Source of the DNA: an uncultured Rickettsiales bacterium
GTDB lineage: Bacteria; Pseudomonadota; Alphaproteobacteria; Rickettsiales; CAYLHV01
Length of the DNA stretch: 64,000 bases
Direction: 5' to 3'
Assembly (NCBI GenBank): GCA_964383745.1
Contig: CAYLHV010000002.1
Coordinates: forward strand, 19,625 to 83,624
Shown: one piece after another, positions 11,317 to 20,944 of the stretch
How the letters are laid out: each line of letters begins with the position of its first letter
Position numbering within the stretch: position 1 is the first letter of the stretch
Notes under the pieces: model-generated
The model's database searches: none
Seen by the model: only the letters and a program-made list of their open reading frames with translations
What the model was told of the DNA's origin: nothing
Position numbers and translations under genes: made by a program

Positions 11317-11448
11317 TATTCTCCTGCTTTGGTTGAAATTTGACTATAAAAAGATATATAGATGATTTTTAGCAGATTTGCTCCTTTTGATCAATAGCAA
11401 ATTTATCAAATTGATGCGAAAATTTGTAAGAAATTCAATGGCCTCAAA

Positions 11449-12387
11449 TCAAAGCTTTAAAGAGGTCATTAATTCTGACCATTCTCTTTTGTTAAGCTCA
11501 CTTGTCTCTTGAGTCACTTTTTCTCCATTAATCAACCGCTTAATCACGTCAATGCCTTTTGCAGAAACATTTACTGCACCAATCCGATAGTCGCTAAAGG
11601 CTTCGTAGGAAAATGGGACCCATTTTTGTAAAATGTCCATAATCACGTCAGCATAGGCTCTGATCTCATATTGAGCATGGGAATCAGCACGGAGTCTTGC
11701 AAAATGGAATAAATTATGAAGATCTGTTTTCCAATACCATTCTGTGTAATAGTTCAAATTTAGGTTCATTCTGGCAAGTTCTCTGGCAAGACAGGCTTTG
11801 CTTTCGTCAATGACATTTCCTTGGTCATCTTGATTCAACATTTCACTATAGTGTTTATAGCATCTTTCAGAATCTTCATGGAGAATTTGCAAAACTCTGT
11901 TTGCTTCAGCTTCACTTAAATTTTTCTCCTCCCTGCCCTGCCTGTTAGAGATTGATTGGGCGGCTAGATGTTCTTTTTTGGGAATGTAGAATTCTTTGGC
12001 CAAAATTGAATAGCGCGCGGAATATTCATTAACATTTGCAGTTCTGTGCCTAATCCACTGTCTTGCAACGAAAATTGGGAGTTTAATGTGAAATTTAATT
12101 TCACACATTTCAAAAGGAGTTGTGTGATGATGGCGCATTAAATAGCGGATTAAGCCTTTGTCTTCATTGACTTTTTTCGTTCCTTGGCCATAGGACACTC
12201 GGGCAGCTTGCACAACAGCATTATCATCACCCATATAGTCAATCACCCTGATGAAACCATGATCTAGAACTGGAAGTTTTGCATATAATATGTCCTCAAG
12301 AGAGTCAACTGTTGCTCTTAAAGTTTGCTTTTTAGCTGACCTTGATTCTTCAATTTCTTTTTTTCTTAAATTTTCTAGATCTGTCAT
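11449..12387 (-). CDS. thyX: FAD-dependent thymidylate synthase ThyX
   Basis: Contains a ThyX motif region [16 protein letters not shown], plus HTTPFEM and [12 protein letters not shown]. Confidence 0.93.
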   Translation of the reverse strand: MTDLENLRKKEIEESRSAKKQTLRATVDSLEDILYAKLPVLDHGFIRVIDYMGDDNAVVQAARVSYGQGTKKVNEDKGLIRYLMRHHHTTPFEMCEIKFHIKLPIFVARQWIRHRTANVNEYSARYSILAKEFYIPKKEHLAAQSISNRQGREEKNLSEAEANRVLQILHEDSERCYKHYSEMLNQDDQGNVIDESKACLARELARMNLNLNYYTEWYWKTDLHNLFHFARLRADSHAQYEIRAYADVIMDILQKWVPFSYEAFSDYRIGAVNVSAKGIDVIKRLINGEKVTQETSELNKREWSELMTSLKL

Positions 12388-12478
12388 TGATTGATGCCTC
12401 TCATGTGATTTGGTTAAATGTTATAATCTAGGGTCTAAAATTCTTCGAAGTAAGAAACTGTAACTATACGTTATACGC

Positions 12479-12550
12479 CATTGCGAAGGAAGAAGTGATT
12501 AGCAATCCAGTTTTGTGATTTCTGGATTGCCGCGCCTTTGGCTCGCAATG
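12479..12550. repeat. Imperfect palindromic element resembling Rickettsia-type palindromic repeats
   Basis: The outer arms CATTGCGA (12479-12486) and TCGCAATG (12543-12550) are inverted repeats, as are the inner arms GCAATCCAG (12502-12510) and CTGGATTGC (12522-12530). A partial third copy, CTCGCAAGACGG, lies at 12595-12606. Confidence 0.5.
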
Positions 12551-12789
12551 ACGGTTCTGACTATATTTCCCGAATGCGGTTTTTGGTTACGCTTCTCGCA
12601 AGACGGATGATTACAGGTTATTATTCGAATTTAATGGCCCTGGTTATATTCTTAAAGAAAGATTTTAAGTTATTAAAAAAAATCTTCAAGTATTAATTTG
12701 CCAAATTGCAATATTTTTTCCTTTTATATCGCGTGAAAAAAGTATATAATTGGTAATGCAGAGTCATTTCATGATGAAGCTATGGTAAT

Positions 12790-13200
12790 AAACGTGGCTT
12801 GAAATAGACGTTACGGACCCGGGGGCAGTACCCGGCGTCTCCACCAGTTGTTTTTGCGGGGACGACCAAGATTCGACGTGCGTAATAAAGAAGTTATTTT
12901 TACCCAGGATGATTCCTCTGGAGAGTTTTCTCTTGCTTGGGTCAAAAACAATAAATGCAAACGATAATAATGCATCTGTAGGGTTTAACGCACTAGCTGC
13001 TTAACCTTACGCGGGTTTGGGTGTCCCGGGCAACAGAAACACCCAACCTTAAGATAACACATATATTTTCTTCCTGCCTGGTACGTCAGGTTTCTGAAGT
13101 CTGAGGACCGATATTTTTTTATTGATGGGTGCTGTCTCTGTCTAAGCCGTGGCTTAGTTATATGGCGCCCCCCTTACAATTAGGGTCGTCAAGTCTCATA
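12790..13200 (+). ncRNA. ssrA: Two-piece (circularly permuted) tmRNA gene; outer ends are approximate
   Basis: The tRNA-like 3' end CGTCTCC-ACCA (12836-12846) comes before the 5' end GGGGACGACCAAGATTCGACG (12858 onward). These form a 7-bp acceptor stem whose third pair is G-U, the alanine identity element. The tag reading frame at 12957-13004 encodes ANDNNASVGFNALAA followed by a stop. Confidence 0.8.
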
Positions 13201-13248
13201 TTTTCCAACGGCCAAGGTGGGAAGATTCTGTTTTAGCGATGCCTCATC

Positions 13249-13773
13249 ATGACAATTGATCAACAAAAATCTCAGTTGCGAATGAAATTTAAAGAAATTC
13301 GAAATTTAATGAGCAATTCTGAAAAAGAAATTGCGGAGAAAATTATTTTTGAGAAATTTCTTCACCATTTGGAAAATTTTAAATATAAAAAAATTGGCCT
13401 CTATGTTCCTTTTGGTAGTGAGATTAATTTACTACCATTGATTGAAACTCTGTGGCAGAGCGGCTTTGAATGTTCTGTGCCTGAAATGAAATTAGGGAAT
13501 GAAATGGATTTTCACATTTGGAAATTTGGAGAAATTGGTGAAAAAACCACTCCTGAATTGCTGGTGATTCCCGCTCTTTCTTGTGATGAATTTGGCTCTA
13601 GACTTGGTTATGGCAAAGGGTGCTATGATTTATTTCTGAAGAAAAATCCTGACATTCGAAGAATTTCTCTCTTGTTCCAAAAACAAATTAGTGCAACGAA
13701 ACTTCCAACCAATGAGCATGACCAGAAAATTGATTTAATTTTCACAGAGGCAAATATTTACTTTACAAAATGA
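13249..13773 (+). CDS. 5-formyltetrahydrofolate cyclo-ligase
   Basis: The 174-aa size, the N-terminal KSQLRMKFKEIR pattern and the C-terminal motif GSRLGYGKGCYD fit the MTHFS family. Confidence 0.8.
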   Translation: MTIDQQKSQLRMKFKEIRNLMSNSEKEIAEKIIFEKFLHHLENFKYKKIGLYVPFGSEINLLPLIETLWQSGFECSVPEMKLGNEMDFHIWKFGEIGEKTTPELLVIPALSCDEFGSRLGYGKGCYDLFLKKNPDIRRISLLFQKQISATKLPTNEHDQKIDLIFTEANIYFTK

Positions 13774-13808
13774 TATAAAATCTTCTAGAATGCTCTCAAC
13801 TAAATTTT

Positions 13809-14894
13809 GTGGTGAGATCAAACGTGGAATTTTTGATATATTTAACTTCATTTTCTTTTGTCATGCTGGTGATCATTTCTTTTCATGAGTTTGGACATTA
13901 TTATGCGGCTAGAAAAGTTGGAGTGCATGTGGAAATTTTCTCAATTGGCATGGGGCCTGAGATTTTCTCCTTTAAAACTAAATCTGGCACAAAATTCAGA
14001 ATTGGAGCGCTTCCCGTTGGTGGATATGTGAAAATGTTTGGCGAAGATGAACAGAATCAACTCTCGCAAGAAAATAAAGAAAAATCTTTTTTCTTCAAAC
14101 CAATTTGGGCAAAATCAGTCATTGTTGCCAGCGGACCGATTGCAAATTTTCTTATGGCAATTTTCATTTTGACATGCTTCAACATGATTTATGGAAAAAT
14201 TCAACATTCAGCAAAAATTCATGAAGTCCTGAAAGACAGCCCAGCTGCTGATGCTGGGCTTTTAAGTGGAGATGTTATTTTAGAGGTTGATGGTTTTGCA
14301 ATTAATGATTTTGCAGATTTTCAAAATGTCATTTTAATTCACCCAGAAATTCCTTTGCAAATCACTTTCAGAAGAAATGATGAAATTATGAAAAATGTGA
14401 TTTCGCCAAAAGCCACCATGCGAAAAGATTTCCTTGGTCATGAAACAAAAGTTGGGACTGTGGGAATAGTTGCTGGTGAAGCTTCTGCACAGAAACTTTC
14501 TTTTGCGGCATCACTTTTTGAAGCAGCGATTTTTGTTAAACAAACTTGCCATTTGACACTTAAATTTCTTGGTAATTTGATCAGTCATGGCACAGGAATT
14601 GAAAATATGGGAGGGCCAATTAAAATTGCACAATATTCCGGCAAGTCAGCCCAAGCTGGCTATGTGTCTTTGATTTGGCTGATTGCAATTTTATCAATTA
14701 ACCTTGGCCTCATTAATTTACTGCCAATCCCCATGCTTGATGGTGGGCATTTATTTCTTTATTTGATTGAAGCAATTTCAAGAAGAAAAATTTCACCAAA
14801 AATTCAAGATTTTGCTTTTAAAATGGGGGCTTTATTTTTAATTTCAACTATGCTATATTTTACGTTTCATGACATTAGGTCACTATTTCTTTAA
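13809..14894 (+). CDS. rseP: RIP zinc metalloprotease RseP (site-2 protease)
   Basis: HEFGHYYAARKVG (HExxH) sits in TM1. There is a central PDZ domain (GLLSGDVILEVDG) and a C-terminal NLLPIPMLDGGH motif. The start codon is GTG. Confidence 0.9.
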   Translation: MVRSNVEFLIYLTSFSFVMLVIISFHEFGHYYAARKVGVHVEIFSIGMGPEIFSFKTKSGTKFRIGALPVGGYVKMFGEDEQNQLSQENKEKSFFFKPIWAKSVIVASGPIANFLMAIFILTCFNMIYGKIQHSAKIHEVLKDSPAADAGLLSGDVILEVDGFAINDFADFQNVILIHPEIPLQITFRRNDEIMKNVISPKATMRKDFLGHETKVGTVGIVAGEASAQKLSFAASLFEAAIFVKQTCHLTLKFLGNLISHGTGIENMGGPIKIAQYSGKSAQAGYVSLIWLIAILSINLGLINLLPIPMLDGGHLFLYLIEAISRRKISPKIQDFAFKMGALFLISTMLYFTFHDIRSLFL

Positions 14895-14914
14895 ATTTAA
14901 AACTTAGGTGTTAC

Positions 14915-17218
14915 ATGCGTTTTTTCAAATCAAAGCTGATTTTAGCGATCTCAATTTTTAATCTCCTCTTCTGCCATCACTCTTTTGCAGAAACTGTCAA
15001 TTCATTCTCAATTAAGGGATCTCAGAGAGTTGAGAGAGAAACAATCTTGTCTTATTTGGACATTAAAAAAGGACAAAATGTGACTAAAGAAGACATTGAC
15101 AAAAGCTTGAAAAATCTTTATGCAACTAACCTTTTTGCTGACGTGTCTGTGTCAATTTCAAATGGAATTCTTGTGATTGAGTTAAAAGAAAATCCAATGG
15201 TGAATAACATATATTTTGAGGGAAATAAGAGGGTGAAAGACTCAGATTTGCTTCCTTCATTAAGCCTCAAGACACGCTCGATTTTCACAGCATCAAAAAT
15301 TCAAAATGACACTAACAGAATCATCACAATCTACGGTAAACAAGGAAGATATGCTGTTAGAGTGGTGCCAAAAATTATTCAGAAAAGTAATAACCGGGTT
15401 GATGTGGTTTATGAAATTGACGAAGGACCAAAAACACCTGTGAAAAAAATTATTTTTGTCGGAAATGAAAATGTGAAAGACAGCGAACTGAAATCTGTGC
15501 TTGTGACAAAAGAAGAAGGTTTGTTTAGTTTCCTGACTGGAAGCGGGCGCTATGAGCCTGAAATTGTGGAATTTGATAAAGAAACACTCAGAAAATTCTA
15601 TAATTCAATTGGATATGCTGATTTTAAAGTCCTTTCAGCCTACACAGAATTTTCTCCAAGCAAAGATGCGGCCTATGTCACTTTTGTGATTGAAGAAGGT
15701 TTGGTTTACAAATTTGGAGAAATTTCAATTCACAATAACATTAAAAATGTTAATGTCGAAGATCTGAAAAAAGAAATTCTCACTAAAACAGGAAAAACTT
15801 TTGATGGAGATAAAGTGGAGGACAGCATTGATGCCATAACCAAAAAACTTAATGACATGGGTTATGCTTTCGTGAATATTTCTTCAAATAGCACCATTGA
15901 TTCAGCGAACAAAATCATTCATCTGAATTATGAAGTTTTGGAAACAACAAAATTTTATGTGAATAAAATCAACATTGAGGGAAATGTCAGAACACATGAT
16001 AAAGTCATTAGAAGACAATTCCGCTTCGATGAAGGTGACGCATTTAATGCGACAAAAATGAAAAGATCCGAACAAAGACTCAGAAATTTGGACTATTTTG
16101 AAGATGTGAAAATTGATAATTCTCAAAACCCAAATTCATCTGACAAAATTGATGTTAATGTGAAAGTCACAGAAAAATCAACAAGCCAAATTAAAGTTGG
16201 TGGCGGCTATTCTTCTGTTGAAGGCTTTATTGTTTCTGTCGGTTCTTCCGAGACAAATCTTTTTGGAACCGGACGGGTGCTGAGTTTGGGGGCTGAAAAA
16301 GGAAAAAGAAAGCTTGACATTAATGCTGGAATTTTTGATCCACATATTTTTGACAGCGACTTTGGCCTTGGTTTTGATGTTGATTTTAATAAATCAAATA
16401 GAAGCAGCTATAGACCTTATGACAAAAAACATCAAAGCTCTTCTATTAGGGTTTCTCACGCGCTTAATGAGTTTTTAGCTCACGAAGTTGACTATAGCCT
16501 CAGCCATAATGAAATTATGAATTTGAGCTCAAATGCTTCAAATCACATTAAAAGACAGGCAGGAACTAGGAACACTTCAAAAATTGCTCACTATTTTAAA
16601 TATGACAGAAGAGATGGGCGTTTTAAAACCACCACTGGCTATTATGTCAATTTCGGACAGGAATTTGCAGGACTTGGCGGGAACACAAAACATGTTAAAC
16701 ACACTGTCGAAGGAAAATATTATATTCCAATTCACAAAGATTCTGTGATTTTAAAAGTCAGCGCTTCTGCAGGACATTTAAAATCTCTAAAAAAACAAGA
16801 TCTTGTGTTTAATCCAAACTTTTTCTTCCTTGGGGGCGATTCCTTGAGAGGCTTTGATTTTGGAGGAATTGGTCCAAGAGATAAAATTATTGGTGCTTCT
16901 GGCAAAACTGGTGACCCGCTGGGTGGAAATTTCTATTATGGAAGCTCTGCTGAGTTGAATTTCCCAGTTGGTCTTCCAAAGGAATATGACATTTATGGGT
17001 TAACATTTGTTGACATTGGAAGCGTCACAAATTTGAATCTACCTGCAGATCAAAAAGACACCATACATAATGACCGCAAATTGCGTGCTAGTGCTGGTTT
17101 TGGGACAGTGTGGTTGACTAATGCTGGTGTCATTAGCTTGAACTGGGGTTTCCCTTTCATGAAGCAAAAATATGACGTACAAAGAAAATTCACATTTAAC
17201 TTCTCTACAAATTTTTAA
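14915..17218 (+). CDS. bamA: Outer membrane protein assembly factor BamA
   Basis: Signal peptide, POTRA repeats (IKGSQRVERETILSYLDIKKG..., IEGNVRTHDKVIRRQFRFDEGD) and a C-terminal barrel ending in F. It lies between rseP and skp. Confidence 0.93.
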   Translation: MRFFKSKLILAISIFNLLFCHHSFAETVNSFSIKGSQRVERETILSYLDIKKGQNVTKEDIDKSLKNLYATNLFADVSVSISNGILVIELKENPMVNNIYFEGNKRVKDSDLLPSLSLKTRSIFTASKIQNDTNRIITIYGKQGRYAVRVVPKIIQKSNNRVDVVYEIDEGPKTPVKKIIFVGNENVKDSELKSVLVTKEEGLFSFLTGSGRYEPEIVEFDKETLRKFYNSIGYADFKVLSAYTEFSPSKDAAYVTFVIEEGLVYKFGEISIHNNIKNVNVEDLKKEILTKTGKTFDGDKVEDSIDAITKKLNDMGYAFVNISSNSTIDSANKIIHLNYEVLETTKFYVNKINIEGNVRTHDKVIRRQFRFDEGDAFNATKMKRSEQRLRNLDYFEDVKIDNSQNPNSSDKIDVNVKVTEKSTSQIKVGGGYSSVEGFIVSVGSSETNLFGTGRVLSLGAEKGKRKLDINAGIFDPHIFDSDFGLGFDVDFNKSNRSSYRPYDKKHQSSSIRVSHALNEFLAHEVDYSLSHNEIMNLSSNASNHIKRQAGTRNTSKIAHYFKYDRRDGRFKTTTGYYVNFGQEFAGLGGNTKHVKHTVEGKYYIPIHKDSVILKVSASAGHLKSLKKQDLVFNPNFFFLGGDSLRGFDFGGIGPRDKIIGASGKTGDPLGGNFYYGSSAELNFPVGLPKEYDIYGLTFVDIGSVTNLNLPADQKDTIHNDRKLRASAGFGTVWLTNAGVISLNWGFPFMKQKYDVQRKFTFNFSTNF

Positions 17219-17230
17219 AGGATATTTATT

Positions 17231-17782
17231 ATGTTTAATATGAAAAAAAATCTTAAAATCTGTTTTATTTTGATTGCCTTTTTTGGCGCCTCCGCACAAG
17301 CAGCTGATTTTGTGCTTTCTGAAAAAATTGCTGTTGTTGACATTCAAGATGTGACAGCAAAATCGGAAGTTGGAAAAAATGCTGCTTCAGTTCTGCAGAA
17401 AAAAGCAAATGAATATCAATCTTACGCAGATAATTTGCAAAAAGAAATTCAGAAAATGGACAAAGAATTGATGAACCAAAAATCAATTTTGTCAGAAAAA
17501 GCATTTGATGAAAAAATGCAAAAAAGAAATGAAAGATTTGTTGAAGTAAATAAAATTGTTCAAGATAAAAGATATAGCTTTGATAAAGCAAAATATGACA
17601 TTGACAATGAAATCATGGAACATGTTTTTCATGTGATTGAAGAGATTTCTAAAGAAAGAAATTTTGAACTTGTGTTGCCAAGCAATGGAAATGTCCTTTT
17701 CTTTCATAAAAATCTTAACATCAGCAATGAGGTTTTGAAAAGACTTGATAAGAGAGTTAAAAAACTCAAAATCACATTTTGA
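17231..17782 (+). CDS. skp: OmpH/Skp periplasmic chaperone
   Basis: Signal peptide ending in ASAQA, a lysine- and glutamate-rich helical body, and the conserved position between bamA and lpxD. Confidence 0.8.
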   Translation: MFNMKKNLKICFILIAFFGASAQAADFVLSEKIAVVDIQDVTAKSEVGKNAASVLQKKANEYQSYADNLQKEIQKMDKELMNQKSILSEKAFDEKMQKRNERFVEVNKIVQDKRYSFDKAKYDIDNEIMEHVFHVIEEISKERNFELVLPSNGNVLFFHKNLNISNEVLKRLDKRVKKLKITF

Positions 17783-17795
17783 GGATGTTTAGATT

Positions 17796-18872
17796 ATGGT
17801 AGATGAAGTTTTTTTTGATAATTTTGGGCCTTTTTCTGTTGAAGAAATCATAAAAATTTCTGGAGCTGAATTAAGAATTTCTCATGGTGACTTCAAACAA
17901 GAAGAAGTCATGAAAAAATTGATCAATTCTGTTGAGCCTCTTGACAGGGCAACTGAAGGTGATTTGACTTTTTTGCATAATAAAAAATATGCCTCAATTG
18001 TTGCTTCAAGCCATGCTTCAATTTGCATTTTGCAAGAAAATTTTCTTGAATATGTGCCATCTCATATGATTGCACTGGTTGCTAAAGACCCTTACCTTGC
18101 CTATGCGAAAGTTGCAAATGCCTTTTACCCTTCCGACTTGTCACTTTTGGCTGGGAATAATCCAATTTTAAAAAATTCCATTTCACCAAAAGCGATTGTG
18201 TCTGAAAGAGCAATCATTGGAAAAAATGTGTCAATTGGGCCAAATGCTGTGATTGAGTCTGACGCAATCATTGGTGATGGTTGCCGCATTGAGCCTAATG
18301 CTTATGTCGCTTCTAATGTGGTGATTGGGGATTCATGCGTGATTGGAGCTTCTGCTTCAATTTCTCATGCTATTATTGGTAATTTTGTCAAAATATATCC
18401 TAATGTGAATGTTGGGCAAGATGGGTTTGGCTTTGCTTTTGACGGGAAAAGGCATTTGAAAGTGCCGCAACTTGGCAGAGTTGTCATTGAAGATGACGTG
18501 GAAATTGGTGCAGGAACTTGCATTGACAGAGGCTCTGGCCATGACACTGTCATTGGAAAAGGCACAAGAATTGACAATTTGGTGCAAATTGGACATAATG
18601 TGAAAATTGGAGAAAATTGCATCATCATTTCCCAAACAGGAATTGCTGGCAGCACGAAAATTGATGATTTCGTCGTCATTGGAGGGCAAGTTGGAATTGC
18701 TGGCCATTTGAAAATTGGCAAATATGCACAAATTGCTGCAAAAACTGGGGTGGGGAAAAATGTGGCCGAAAAAGAAGTCATTGGCGGCTATCCTGCAATG
18801 CCAATTAGAACATGGCACAGACAGACAGCCATGCTGAAAAAATTAGTTGAAAAAAATAAGGAGGAAAAATGA
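17796..18872 (+). CDS. lpxD: UDP-3-O-acylglucosamine N-acyltransferase
   Basis: Long left-handed beta-helix hexapeptide repeats, the segment GQDGFGFA, and the position upstream of fabZ. Confidence 0.92.
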   Translation: MVDEVFFDNFGPFSVEEIIKISGAELRISHGDFKQEEVMKKLINSVEPLDRATEGDLTFLHNKKYASIVASSHASICILQENFLEYVPSHMIALVAKDPYLAYAKVANAFYPSDLSLLAGNNPILKNSISPKAIVSERAIIGKNVSIGPNAVIESDAIIGDGCRIEPNAYVASNVVIGDSCVIGASASISHAIIGNFVKIYPNVNVGQDGFGFAFDGKRHLKVPQLGRVVIEDDVEIGAGTCIDRGSGHDTVIGKGTRIDNLVQIGHNVKIGENCIIISQTGIAGSTKIDDFVVIGGQVGIAGHLKIGKYAQIAAKTGVGKNVAEKEVIGGYPAMPIRTWHRQTAMLKKLVEKNKEEK

Positions 18873-19300
18873 TTAATATTGAACAAATCATTAAAATGAT
18901 TCCACATAGATATCCGCTTTTGCTCGTTGACAGGGTGATTGAAGTTAATCCGATGGAATCTGCTGTTGGGCTTAAAAATGTGACTTTTAATGAACCACAT
19001 TTCATGGGACATTTTCCTGACAAGCCAGTAATGCCAGGTGTTCTGATTGTTGAAGCAATGGCTCAAACTTCCGCAGTTCTTGTGGCGCAGTCAATTGAAA
19101 ATATGGAAAATAAATTGGTTTATTTTATGTCAATTGAAAATGCTAAATTCCGCCAAATTGTTTCTCCAGGTGACACAATGAAAATTCACATTCAGAAAAA
19201 ACAAAATCGGAATAATGTTTGGAAATTTGAAGGCAAATGCTATGTCGAAGAAAAATTAGTTGCTGAAGCAAGTTTTACAGCAATGATTGTGGATAAATGA
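18869..19300 (+). CDS. fabZ: 3-hydroxyacyl-ACP dehydratase FabZ
   Basis: Contains [36 protein letters not shown]. Confidence 0.93.
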   Translation: MINIEQIIKMIPHRYPLLLVDRVIEVNPMESAVGLKNVTFNEPHFMGHFPDKPVMPGVLIVEAMAQTSAVLVAQSIENMENKLVYFMSIENAKFRQIVSPGDTMKIHIQKKQNRNNVWKFEGKCYVEEKLVAEASFTAMIVDK

Positions 19301-19310
19301 GAGGAAAAAA

Positions 19311-20102
19311 ATGATTCATGAAACTGCCATTGTTTCTAAAATGGCGAAAATTGGGAAAAATGTTCAAATTGGGCCCTATTGCCTGGTTGGAGATCATGTT
19401 TCGCTCGCTGATGGGGTGGTTTTAAAATCACATGTGGTGATTGAGGGAAACACGGAAATTGGCGAAGGAACAAAGATTTTCCCTTTCGCGTCAATCGGCT
19501 CAGACCCGCAAGATCTTAAATTTGCAGGGGAGAATTCTCGCATCATCATTGGAAAAAATAATCTAATTCGAGAATATGTCACAATTAACCCCGGCACAAA
19601 ATCTGGCATCATGGAAACAAGAATTGGGAATGATTGCCTTTTGATGATTTCATCCCACATTGCTCATGATTGCGTGATTGGGGATCATGTGATTTTGGCA
19701 AATAATGTCACTCTTGCAGGCCATGTGACAATTGAAGAACATGCAATCATTGGCGGCATGTCGGCCATTCATCAATTTGTTAGAGTTGGTGCTCATGCCA
19801 TGATTGGCGGCATGTCAGCAATTGAAAAAGACATCATTCCTTTTGGCATGGCTTTCGGTGAAAGAGCAAATTTAGCTGGGCTTAACATTGTTGGCATGAA
19901 ACGAAGAAATTTCACTAAAGATGATATGAATGCTTTGAGAAGCGCCTATGACATGATCTTCGTGGAAAATAATGACCTCACTTTTGCTGAAAGATTGCAT
20001 CATGTGGGGGAAGCATTTGCAGAAAATGTGATTGTTTCGCAGCTTGTGAATTTCCTGAAAACAGACAGCTCAAGAGCAATTTGTACACCAAAAAAGAATT
20101 AA
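19311..20102 (+). CDS. lpxA: UDP-N-acetylglucosamine acyltransferase
   Basis: IHETAIV start, hexapeptide repeats, GSDPQDLKF and a C-terminal helical domain. I chose the ATG at 19311, preceded by GAGGAAAAAA. Confidence 0.92.
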   Translation: MIHETAIVSKMAKIGKNVQIGPYCLVGDHVSLADGVVLKSHVVIEGNTEIGEGTKIFPFASIGSDPQDLKFAGENSRIIIGKNNLIREYVTINPGTKSGIMETRIGNDCLLMISSHIAHDCVIGDHVILANNVTLAGHVTIEEHAIIGGMSAIHQFVRVGAHAMIGGMSAIEKDIIPFGMAFGERANLAGLNIVGMKRRNFTKDDMNALRSAYDMIFVENNDLTFAERLHHVGEAFAENVIVSQLVNFLKTDSSRAICTPKKN

Positions 20103-20920
20103 TGCACATGAAAGAAAAAATTGGAATCATTGCTGGAGAGGGAGTTTTACCAATTGAAATTTGTAAATCTCTGATGGAATCTCATGCGGAAATTGCAATT
20201 TGCTCATTTAGAGAATCAAATGAATTTTTTGAAATCTCACGAATTCCACATTTAGCAGCCTCTTTTGGGAAAGTGCAGCAAATTATTGATTTTTTTAAAA
20301 AGCATGAAATTCAAAAAATTATTCTTGCAGGCTCACTCAAAAGACCTGATTTCAGCTCTCTTAAAATTGATTTCACAGGCACAAAACTCCTTGCTGAAAT
20401 CATGAAAGCAAAATTAATTGGTGATGATAATCTCTTAAAAATTGTGATTCAGTTTTTAGAAAAGCAAAATTTTAAAATTGTTGCCTCGCAAGAAATTTGC
20501 CCCGAACTGCTCATGCCTTCTGGTGTTCTGACAATCAAAAAACCAACTGAGAAAAATTTAGCTGACATCAAAATTGCCACAGATTTTCTGAAAGCCACCA
20601 GCAGCTTTGATGTTGGGCAAGCAGTCATCATTTCTTCTGGTGTCATTATTGCAGTTGAAGCTGCTGAAGGCACAGATGAAATGATTAAAAGATCAAAAAT
20701 ATTTTGCCATAAACAAAAATCTGCTATACTCGTCAAAACACTCAAGATCAATCAAGAGTTGAGAGTTGATTTGCCTTCAATTGGACTTCAAACTGCGGTT
20801 CATGCAAAAGACATTGGACTTGAAGGCGTTGCAATCTCTTCATTCGGAGCATTTCTTCTTGAGAAGGAAAATTTGATTAAATTTGCTAATGAAAATGGTT
20901 TATTCATCGTTGGAATTTAG
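20102..20920 (+). CDS. lpxI: UDP-2,3-diacylglucosamine diphosphatase LpxI (DUF1009)
   Basis: Contains IGIIAGEGVLP, VGQAVIISSGVIIAVEAAEGTDEMIKR and DLPSIG, and lies directly after lpxA. The start could be the ATG at 20102 or the one at 20108. Confidence 0.8.
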   Translation: MHMKEKIGIIAGEGVLPIEICKSLMESHAEIAICSFRESNEFFEISRIPHLAASFGKVQQIIDFFKKHEIQKIILAGSLKRPDFSSLKIDFTGTKLLAEIMKAKLIGDDNLLKIVIQFLEKQNFKIVASQEICPELLMPSGVLTIKKPTEKNLADIKIATDFLKATSSFDVGQAVIISSGVIIAVEAAEGTDEMIKRSKIFCHKQKSAILVKTLKINQELRVDLPSIGLQTAVHAKDIGLEGVAISSFGAFLLEKENLIKFANENGLFIVGI

Positions 20921-20944
20921 TCATTCAACTTTTGGAGTTAAAAA

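Noticed and set aside
12020-12065. ThyX motif reads RHRTAN rather than the textbook RHRxxS
   Set aside because: I cannot tell without an alignment whether this is lineage-typical. The rest of the motif (NEYSARY) and of the protein is intact, so I do not call it a degenerate or novel enzyme.
18357-18818. Two overlapping antisense ORFs (153 and 138 aa) inside lpxD
   Set aside because: Hexapeptide-repeat genes commonly lack stop codons on the opposite strand. lpxD has unmistakable motifs and synteny, so the antisense frames are shadows.
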